A DNA stretch of 64,000 bases, from NCBI GenBank assembly GCA_965645245.1, contig OZ287068.1:1550001-1614000 (forward strand), read 5' to 3'. This stretch comes from Massalongia carnosa (taxonomy: Eukaryota). Positions 36,170-45,896 of the stretch are shown here, piece by piece. Each line of letters opens with the position of its first letter. Within the stretch, counting starts at the first letter, position 1. The notes beneath the pieces are model-generated. The model was not told the DNA's origin and made no database searches. It worked only from the letters and a program-made list of their open reading frames with translations. The translations under genes and the position numbers were made by a program.

Positions 36170-39100
36170 TCAACCTGGTGCGAAATTCCACCGTGGTTTG
36201 CTAGGATAGCGCACATAGAAATCCTCCACTATCTCCTTAGCATTTTCAAATCCATTAGCATCGTACCAATCTGGATCTTCCGGATGGTCCTTCCATTTGA
36301 CTCGAAATTGCACCTTTCCTCTTCGCCTTCTGGCATCCAGCACGTCATCAACTTCCCATTCTTCCTTACCTTCTATCACTACCGGAGTGGCTGGATCATT
36401 GATCTGCCCTGGTAATGGATCCACCGCGGCCTTTCTCAATAGACTAGTGTGGAATACATTATGAATTTTCATCGATTCGGGCAGAGCTAGCCTGCACGAT
36501 AACCCAATCATCTTGTCTATTCGGTACGGTCCGATCATCTTGTGGTCCAGTTTCTTCGAAGTTCTCTCGGTATGGATATTTTTCGTTGACAACCAAACCA
36601 TATCGCCCTCTTCATAGCTGACCTCCTTTCGATTCTGATTAGCCACCCTTTGCTGTCTATCCTGCGACTTCTTCATGTTTTCGTGAACGAACTCCCAGGT
36701 TTTCTTCATCCTTTCGGTGATATTTTGGGCACGTTCCTTAGCTAACCTTTCTCGAGTAGTATCTGCAGATAGATCAACCACATCGAAACTTATCCTTGGT
36801 TCATATCCCTTTGTGGCCATAAACGGTGTCAACTTGGTGGAGGCCGATTCGCAAGCATTGGCCGCAAACTCCGCCATCGGTAGTAGCATCACCCAATCAT
36901 CCTGGAAATAGTTTACATAGCTGCGCAGGTGTCGCTCTATTTCCTGATTGGCTATCTCGCTCTGGCTATCGGTTTCCGGATGAAATGCTGTGGAGAGTTT
37001 GGCCGTTATACCCAGTATTTTGCACATCGTTTTCCAGACCGCCGATACAAACTGCGGTCCCCGATCGGATACTATGCTACTGGGCAACCCATGGTATTTC
37101 CAGACGTTATTGATCAACAACTTCGCCGTTGCTTCGCTCGTGGTTCCATGTTCCTCGGTAGTGCATGGTATGTAATGCCTTTCCTTCGATAATCGATCTA
37201 CCACCATAAGAATCGCATTGAATCCTTCGCCCGACAGTGGAAGGCCCGTTACGAAGTCTAGTGATATATCCTGCCATAGTTGTTCGGGTATAGATAATGG
37301 CCTCAACAAACCATTGTACTTATCTCTAGGTGCTTTCGCGCGTCTGCAAACATGACAATTCCGTATATACCGTTTGATATCCGCTTCCATTTTGGGCCAG
37401 TAGTAATTCCGAGTTATCATCTCCAAGGTTCGAGCGACGCCAGGGTGCCCTACAGCTGGCTGATCATGAATCTGACGGATTACCTCCAGTTTCAATTCAT
37501 CCTGTGCGGGCACCCATAGCTTATTCCGCTTGTATAGCAAGCCGTCCTTGACCTGACAGTCTTTTAACGCCGGCGAGTTTTCCGAGTCTGAATCAAGTCC
37601 AGTGCTTGCAGCACTCAATGCCTGACGCATATTATTGTAATCCTCATCTGTGACATTGCCCTGCCTTACCTTTTCTTCCAAGGTCTGAACAGTCTCTTCC
37701 GTTTCTGTCTCGATGGGCGCCAGTTCGATGCGATTGCGGGGCAACAGAGTCTGTAGCTGATGCTGTTGGCGTTCGTCCTTCTCATCCTTGGGCTTATCAT
37801 TGGGTCTCCGGGTTAGAGCATCAGCCTTTTCATTATTTTTACCCGTTTGATAAACGATGACGAAGTTGAACTCAGATAGGAATTCCGCCCATCTAGCCTG
37901 TCGACGGGTCAACTTTTTGGTAGTCATGAAAAATTCCAAACTCTTGTGATCGGTGAAGACCTTTATAGGTATTTCTGTGCCTTCCAATTCTGGTCTCCAT
38001 TGTTCAAAGCATCGAATGATAGCTAACAGTTCTTTATCGTAGATCTCGTAATTGCACTCGGCCGGGCTCATGTTCTTTGAGAAGAAGGCTACCGGATGCA
38101 ACTCGTCATCCTCACCCATTTGGGACAGAATACCCCCACTGACATAATCCGAAGAGTCTGTTTCTAACCAACACTGTAGTTTTGGATCGAAATGAGCAAG
38201 AACAGGTGCTTCCACCACTCGATCCTTCAGGTCCTGGAACCCCTGAGCCAAGCTTCGGTCTATTCGAAGATTCTATCCTTCTTGGCCAGTGCATTTAATG
38301 GTCCAGCTAGTTTGGAAAAGCCTCGAATGAAGCGCCGATAGAAGTTGCAAAAACCTATAAATGATCGCACCTCGCGAAGACAGGTAGGAACGCTCCATTC
38401 CATGATAGCCTTTATCTTTTCCGGGTCCATCTTGATACCATCCGTGCTGATGATCAGGCCCAAATACTTCGTTTCAGTGACGTGGAATTCACACTTATCC
38501 ACATCGGCTTGAATGCCTGCCTCTCTTAACTTGGTGAGCACTCCCCTTACATGCTGACGGTGTTGTTTCAGATTTCTGCTATAGATCAGAATGTCATCCA
38601 GATAGGCCGTACAAAATTTGTCTAAGTATTCAAAGAGGACATCATTAATGAAGTGCTGCCACGAAGCCGGTCCTCCAGTCAATCCAAATGGTAACACCTT
38701 GTATTTATAGGCCCCAAACCGTGAGTTGAAGGTGGTGAGGTCCTCCGACGCAGCCTCCATCCGAAGTTTATGAAAGGCCTGACGAATATCTATTTTGGAG
38801 AATATTTTAGCCTCTTTCAACTGAGCCAACGTTTCCTCGATCAAAGGTATTGGATAACGATCCTTTTTAGTGATCTGATTCAGCCTTCGGTAATCTACGC
38901 AGAACCGTAATCCACCACTAGGCTTTTTCGCTAACAGAATGGGCGATGAGCATGCGGCATGGCTTGCTTCGATAAAGCCTTTTCTGAGATTGTCTTCTAG
39001 ATATTTCTTGACAAACTCCAGTTCTTTCTGGGACATGCTCCGAAGAGGACTATATCCATGATCTTTGCCCCCTTCGAGCAGTATCTTGTGATCATGCAAT

Positions 39101-39981
39101 CTATGAGGTGACAACGTATCAGAATCTATCTTCGAAAACACGTCCAAAAACTCGTGATACTCCGGCGGCACTACCAACTTTGGATCAGTAGGAGGCCTCG
39201 ACTCCTTATTCAACTGATCGTCTATGTCCTTCATCGAGATCGCATAGACTTTTACCGCCTTACAGTGAGTAAGGTATCGGTAGGAGTCTGCACCAATGAT
39301 GGCTACATCAACCGGTTTAGATGGTTTCGGATCGATCCTCGGAACTTCCTTTGGGATTGGAGTAGCCTCCGGTTTATCTTCCATGATAGATCGACGCAAT
39401 ATCTTTCGGGGTGAGATTACTGTAGTCAACTCCTCATCCGTCGATTTTTTATCGATCGTTTCCAGTTTCCTAGGAGGTTCTATCAACTTAGGAGCACCCG
39501 GGTGGGTGCAGTGTCCAGGCCAGAACATGATTTTATCGCAACTCATGTCCATAATGACTCCATGCTTTCGCATCCATGGTTTTCCTAGTATCATTTTATG
39601 CTGCCCCAGCTGTGTAATCAACAGAGGCGAGATTGTTTCCCTATGATTCTGCACGGTGAGGGTAGGATAGATGGCGTGGGTGATAGGTTTACCCAAGCGG
39701 CCATCGAAACATCTCACCGGCTTCGGTTTCGTCAATCGCTGCGGTGATAGTTGCAGTCGTTCACAAATCGTGCGCACCATCTTTTCATCAATAAAAGCAT
39801 GTCCTGTAGCACTAGTGTCTAACAGAGTAACAAGCTCTATTTCTTCCTGGTTGCCTAGTTTACATGAAGTAACAAGAGGTTCATCGGTAAACAAATCACC
39901 AGGCAAACAAGAGGATGAGATCAAAAGAGGTTTATCATCGTCATCTCCACTCGCGTCTTCGAGGGAGATCAGTCTTTTTTT
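36170..39981 (-). pseudogene. pol: Gypsy pol: PR-RT-RNase H-IN-chromodomain, with a nonsense codon and 1-bp deletion at ~38250-38262
   Basis: LLDTSA, RFCVDYR, YLDD, ETDSSD, HHCC, SDRGPQF, EWEVDDVLD..VKWK. Confidence 0.93.
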
Positions 39982-41249
39982 GACTTCGGCTCAACATCTA
40001 ACTCGTTAATGATGGCTGTCATCTTTGATTTCTTTTTAGGGCAGTCCCTTGAGGGATGTCCGACCTCCTTGCAATTGAAGCACTTCCCTTCCCTGCTCAA
40101 CCGCTCCCGTTCCGAGTCCGATAGATAGGATCCTACGGTCCAGGACGACAAGGTCGATGGTGGTGAAGGGGCACGAGACTCGGTGCGAGCATTTGGTGCC
40201 ACATAGGTTTTGCTTTCGGTGGTAGCGGTAGGGGTGTTCGCCGGGACCACTACGCTGGTTGGTTTTTTTCCTTCGGCAAAGCGTTCCATCCTAGCCTTGC
40301 TACGATCCACATCCTTCAGAGCCTGATACATGCGCTGGCAACGCTGAGCGAACGCATATAGGTCGGTTGGTTCGTGATCGCCGGTGGCTAGCTGACGGCG
40401 CATATCTAGGTTGAGCTTGTGTTTCAACTCACCGATTAGGGTAGACTCATTGTGATCCAACTCGGCGGCCAAACGCTGAAACTCCGCCCAAAAGGTATTG
40501 AAGTCCTTTTGACCCTGTCGCAGAGAACGGAATAGGTTCATGGCAGTCTGTTTGCGGTTCGGATCTCCATAAATTCGTTCCAAATGATCAAACATTTCCT
40601 CTGCAGTAAGAAAAGGTTTGATAGCATTTTTTCGGAGACGAGGTTCCAAATGGCCCATAGCCTCTCCGCCGACTCGGTTTTCCACATAGGCCTTTTTAAA
40701 TAGCTCGGTAGGCATATGGTCTTCATTAGCTGCTAATTTGCTGCGCATTTTAGTCAACCAATGATCGATACTCGGTTCTTTTCCATCGATAAAAACCGGT
40801 GGGTCGGGAAGTTTCATCGACTTCCATAAAGATTCTTCGCTCTGATTGGATCGTGCAGGGGAGCCCTGCAGGTCATGTGGAGGTGGAAATGGTGGTGGTG
40901 CATTACTCCCTGCAGGTGCAGTAGCTGCTGTGGCCATCCGCCGAGCCTCTTCAAGTTCTTCCTTCTGGTATTCAATCATACCTGCTTGGCGATTGATTTT
41001 GATCTGACTATCTTCTAAACTAAGCACAAGCTTATTATGTTCCACCACGACCTCCTCATAGTCTGACTTCATGTCTCGTATTATAGCCAAGACTGTTTCA
41101 GCATCCTCCTGCACCCAGTGCCGAAGATGTTGTACTGTTTCTATCCTCCATGGTGAGTCAGCCCCGGGGCCTTCTTCACCGATGTCTATGGGCGGGATGA
41201 GAGACTCCCGTTGATAGTAGGTGGGTGTTTCGTTCGCGGATCTAGCCAT
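39969..41249 (-). CDS. gag: Gypsy Gag, 426 aa
   Basis: KLPDPPVFIDG, LRQG, CFNCKEVGHPSRDC zinc knuckle. Confidence 0.92.
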   Translation of the reverse strand: MARSANETPTYYQRESLIPPIDIGEEGPGADSPWRIETVQHLRHWVQEDAETVLAIIRDMKSDYEEVVVEHNKLVLSLEDSQIKINRQAGMIEYQKEELEEARRMATAATAPAGSNAPPPFPPPHDLQGSPARSNQSEESLWKSMKLPDPPVFIDGKEPSIDHWLTKMRSKLAANEDHMPTELFKKAYVENRVGGEAMGHLEPRLRKNAIKPFLTAEEMFDHLERIYGDPNRKQTAMNLFRSLRQGQKDFNTFWAEFQRLAAELDHNESTLIGELKHKLNLDMRRQLATGDHEPTDLYAFAQRCQRMYQALKDVDRSKARMERFAEGKKPTSVVVPANTPTATTESKTYVAPNARTESRAPSPPSTLSSWTVGSYLSDSERERLSREGKCFNCKEVGHPSRDCPKKKSKMTAIINELDVEPKSKKD

Positions 41250-41456
41250 TTCTATCGCTCTTCCTTACTCAGCTCTGTTGAGTATAGTCCAGTTTCGTTC
41301 GTTTTCGGATTGTTATCGGATCTACTATCATATGCTGAGGATAGTCCTAGGATTTCGGATCTGGTTCGTGTTTCGGGTGCTGACTGCCTGACGGACTGAC
41401 ATACAGTTGGGTGGATTGTTTTATATCCTCCACAAGGGATAGCAAGATTTAGAGTG

Positions 41457-41468
41457 ATCTTACTAGTT
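41457..41468 (-). other. Self-priming-type primer binding site of G1
   Basis: Element-sense AACTAGTAAGAT, 1 nt after the 5' LTR, is complementary to LTR sequence at 41517-41528. Confidence 0.8.
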
Positions 41469-42125
41469 GTGTAGCACGTCGACCTAGATAGAAATCTAAT
41501 AGGGACTATGTACGAAAACTAGTAAGATGAAGAAAGAAAGCTATGTACAGATCGCCGGTTAATAAACACTCATACCCGTGCTAAGCCTAATGCAGGTTTT
41601 CATCACCGTCGTTGAATTGCTCATACCACGCGTGTTAATAATATCGCTACAAGCAGTGCTAAATCCGTTTTCGGTTAGATAAGGTGAATAGCACTACGTC
41701 ATGTGTTGCCTGAGGTTAGAGCGTTGTAATCCGTGACAGTCAGCCTCGACGGCTTATGCGACTTCGTACTACGGCATGGTCCACGCTAGTTAATCCCGCA
41801 ACCGCCATAGGCGATCACGTATCCCTCTAGCGCCATCCGTATTACAGCTAGCTTAGTGTGATCCGACTCGGAGGCCGTCGCCTCCTAGTCGGGGAAAGCG
41901 ATTTGCATCCGGAAAGCGATTTGCATCCACTCAAACTGAAATTTTGATCATTTTTCACCTTTTACCCTCAACTACATTGATCAATCATTACTTAATATCG
42001 TAAAAAGCTTGAAAGTATCGTCGTCGTCATCGTTGTCATCAAAATTATCCCTCCCCCTCAATTTCCGATCCTTTATTATCCCATTTGCAACTTTCGAAAA
42101 GAGGTTTTCAACCTCCCTTCGTACC

Positions 42126-43092
42126 ATGGAAAATAATGCCTCAATCTTGGTTTCCACTCTCAGCCCCATGAAAAGATTGGAAGAAGCGAAGAAATTTCTG
42201 ATTGATCATCCCGAAGAAAGCAAGGCTGCTGCGTCAAAGATCTACAATGTCAACGTTAAAACGTTGACGTCTTTTATTCGTCATTATCCGAAAGAAGGAC
42301 AGAAAAAAGAAGGGAAAAAAAAGGGGGGAGAAAATCAGATACTGAAAGAGCATGAAGCTAGGGCTTTAGATAGATTCATTAAATCCTTATTGATACATGG
42401 AATTCTACCTACGCATCATATGGCTTTTAATGCTATTGTAAGTCTGAGAAAGGCTCATAAATTAAAAGCTCCATTAAGACGATGGTTTCGGTCTTGGTGG
42501 AAACGTAACAATTTACACAAGATTAAGACCAAACCATTACCAATGATTCGCTTTGAAGCCGCTGAAGAATCAGATGTGATCGAATGGTTTGATGGCTACA
42601 AAGAGGTATTGAAAGAATTGAAAATCAGAAGAAGACGAAACATTCTAAACTTTGATGAAGCTGGTTTTCGAATTGGATGCATGAAGGGTCAGGAAATCTA
42701 CGTTCCTATGGAAATCAAGCAATTCTACGCCGTCAGCCCGGAGAATCGCAGATCTGCGACGGTCATTGAGACGATCAATACTGCTGGCGACTATCCCCTC
42801 CCCCCATGATCATTATACAGGGTCAGGAAATCATGGCGACGTGGTTTTCGGAGGATTTGCTGGTGGGCACGCGTATTGTGCCTTCCGACAGTGGTTTTAC
42901 ATCTGCTAAGATAGCAATTGAATATTTGAAGCATCTTATTCAAAATTCGGATGTAGGACCTAATGCAGATTGGAAATTGCTCCTGATGGATGATCATAGC
43001 AGTCACGTTACTCCTGAATTTGTACTTCTGGCCAATGAAAATCACATTCGTCCCTACCCACTAATTCCACATTTGACTCATTGCATGCAGCC
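42126..43092 (+). pseudogene. Fot1/pogo transposase N-terminal part (HTH, first two catalytic Asp)
   Basis: ILNFDEAGFRIG, LLLMDDHSSH, HCMQP; frameshift near 42806; cut by LINE L8. Confidence 0.92.
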
Positions 43093-44701
43093 GACGTAAC
43101 ACGCAACCGCATTATCGAATGTAATCCTACGCCTGAACAACAAGAAACACAAGTACCGCAACTTTTGATACACTATAACTTTAACAGTCAATTGAGCCTC
43201 TATTTCTCAGTCATTTGCGCTCCTCCAGAGTTAAAACGCTCTCAGATTGAGTGTAGGAGAGCTCTAGCAAAGCTCCAGCAGAGTTTTTCTGCTGGTCGCA
43301 CGCAACCGACGTGATAAAGCGCGCTCTAGAAGTTGGAAAAAACAACAAATACCAACAACCTCACCAAAAATCGCTCTTTTTTCTTGTTTTCTTCTGTTCT
43401 GTTGTCGCATGACCTTCAATTATTACTATAAAAATTATCTACAAAAATTATCTACTCTCGCGGGACTGTACAACAACTGTCGCGACGTCAGAGTCTTCTA
43501 AAGTTCATTCCTCATTTAAGGTTACGGGAACTTCCGCAAGCACAAATTTTCATAGCATATTTCACGTATAATTTTTGCACATTCCATTTTCGGCTTTATA
43601 GATCTTCGTTGAACGGCCGGTCAACAGATCACTGAAAAGAAGGGTAAAAACGTCTGGAATAGGATTATACCAAAAGTCCTGTTTCAGATTAATCAGAATA
43701 GGAAGTCTCCTATTGTCTTACATTGCATTAAAATTTATCTTTATTGAAAAAAGCAAAAAAAAAAAAAAAACTTTCATTATTTTCACCTATTGTAGTGTCT
43801 GGTAAAGGGTTAAATAAGACTTACTGCCTTAGCGAGGAACGGTCTATTTTAACCCGATTAGGATTTATTTGACGCGTTATAGTCAAATAAATAGGGATAG
43901 GAAAGAAAGAGTCATTTGACCAGTAAACAAACAGGTGTAAATTCTATTCTGACTAGTACGTCCGGGGAAAGTCAGAATAAATTATTTGGTGGCGATAAAA
44001 GGGATATTGCAAAGGCAAAAACACTATGCTCAATCGAAGATTTAACCCGATAGGTCATAGACCAAATCGATTGATACCAACAACTCCTCCCCCAGGCCCC
44101 CCTCCACAACATCTATGGGTCCCCCCGAGTACTCCCCCGTGCCCCCCCCGAACCGACTCCCCCACGCCATCTTCGGTAGCGATAATTGGGAGCAACCCCC
44201 TAACCGTAGAATCCACGGAGGCCATGGACCAAACGCGAGAATTTTCGTCCGCACCGTCCACACCCACCCCAAAAACGAAACCTTTTGTCGCGCCATCTGG
44301 TGAATTCAGTACCAATCTGCCCATGCCATCATTGAATTCTGATATTCGACTGAGTCCACCAATTAAACGCAACAAAAGACGAACATTTGACGAACATTCG
44401 ATTGAGAGTCAAGAAGTCATCAATCGATCAAAATCGATTCAACTATTGAATACGGCAAAAAATGCATTATTAGAGTCATTCGTAATAGATCAAAACCCCG
44501 AAACTGTTAGAATGTACAAATCAGGTTACTTCATTTCAGCCGCACTCACCTTCTACCGCACGAGTATGGCGCACGCTAATGGCTAGACGTATCGCTAGTC
44601 TAATACTAGCATACCGTACATTGTCTATAAATCTAGCTATTCCCACTATATAGAACAACAGCAAGCGTTCTATCCTCTATCTACTATACTACCTTTTGAT
44701 A

Positions 44702-44716
44702 GGTTATGAGCCCGGC
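44702..44716 (+). other. Copia PBS complementary to the anticodon arm of initiator tRNA-Met (half-tRNA primer type)
   Basis: GGTTATGAGCCCGGC directly after the 5' LTR, like the Ty5/copia PBS. Confidence 0.85.
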
Positions 44717-44968
44717 CGCAGGGCGCCTCTTTACATGTGTTTGCTTGTCTTACTTTACCTACCCTAACACAAGCCTCCTTACCGTCGCAAACAATTACCG
44801 TCGCGAATAATCTCCTACAAAAAAATCCGACACAAATCGACACATATGAAACAGTCGGCAGTGTTTGAGATGGCTAAGCACTACTATCGGGCGCCCGGCT
44901 TCTTCTTTGCCCCTTACTAAACGAACGCTAACAAATATTTTAACAGGCACCTCCTTGCACTTCGTTTC

Positions 44969-45293
44969 GATGTCTCGGATGATCTACATTCCCCACAAAA
45001 AACCGGGAATGTGACATCCAGATGTCTCGGATGATCTACGTTCCCAATAAAAAACCGGGAATGTGACATCCACTTCACTTTGATGTCTCGGATGATCTAC
45101 ATTCCCAACAAAAAATCGGAAATGTGATATCCAGGTGTCTCGGATGATCTACATTTCCAATAAAAAACCGGAAATGTGACATTCACTTCGATGTCTCGGA
45201 TGATCTACATTCCCAACAAAAAACCGGGAATGTGACATCCAGATGTCTCGGATGATCTACGTTCCCAACAAAAAACCGGGAATGTGACATCCA
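44969..45293 (+). repeat. Six 52-bp palindromic repeat units (three dimers) in the Copia leader
   Basis: Units start at 44969, 45021, 45082, 45134, 45190, 45242. Confidence 0.95.
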
Positions 45294-45896
45294 TTGGGAT
45301 GAAACCAAATCTCCCTGTAATCGATTTTGCCCTCTATTCATAGTCAGCATCTGCGTATCAGTTATAAGACTGCAGGATTATGGCTTCGAGCAACAAAAAA
45401 CGCTCTCGATTTATCAACCCCAAAGGCACAACTAAACGCCTCAAATCTATCTTTGCACCTGCATCTGCTTCTGCGTTTAGATCTATTATATCAATCACTG
45501 CCCCATTCCTACGTGGCACTCTTGCCGAGATCCAATGACTCTCAGAGCCTCAACCAAATAATAGGCCGGCAACAAGGCTTGAACGGGATTCACAACATAC
45601 ATTACAGGCGGCTAGTGCGGAAATCGTTGCTTTCTCTTAGAGGATAACTCAGATCAATCAAAATTGGATTGCTTTGTACCATCATCCCTGAGCCTCCAGT
45701 CACTCCCGGTCAGTCCACATCAAAATCGGACCTAGAACCGCCCAGCGACTGTGATCCTTTCGATCTAAGAGCCATAACCAAGTCACCAAGCACTTATAAT
45801 AGCACTCCGTCGGAATCCGGTAAAACCAAACACCAGTTCAAGCCAGTCCGTTAACAAGGACAATCCATTAAGCTCTTCCAATAAACCCTTTCCATC

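Larger units (their letters stand above)
35820..41738 (-). mobile_element. Full-length Ty3/Gypsy chromovirus (G1)
   Basis: LTRs 35820-36087 and 41470-41738 (about 3 substitutions + 1 indel by eye); PPT aaagaagggggtaa at 36088-36101; TSD gtctg/gtcag (4/5 match). Confidence 0.96.
34893..41846. mobile_element. ~1030-bp solo-LTR-like insert (LTR-X) in the Fot1 left TIR, itself split by the Gypsy
   Basis: TGTAAT...ATTACA termini; 5-bp TSD gctag at 34888-34892 and 41847-41851; internal agccttg repeats 35150-35226. Confidence 0.8.

Noticed and set aside
41854..41860. Fot1 left end at TA 41854-41855 (paired with TA 63952-63953)
   Set aside because: Inverted symmetry continues to 34881/63967 once LTR-X is removed, and only that boundary restores the piggyBac frame
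32740..43092. Both pogo-type transposases are cut by LINEs close to the third catalytic Asp (QPLD)
   Set aside because: Two events, different target sequences and orientations; most likely coincidence
44868..44946. Possible intron in the Copia leader (gctaac branch site, taacag acceptor)
   Set aside because: No convincing GT donor seen; cannot be supported without RNA data
44969..45293. CRISPR-like array of palindromic repeats
   Set aside because: Units are adjacent or separated by only 4-9 nt, with no unique spacers and no cas genes, inside a eukaryotic Copia leader
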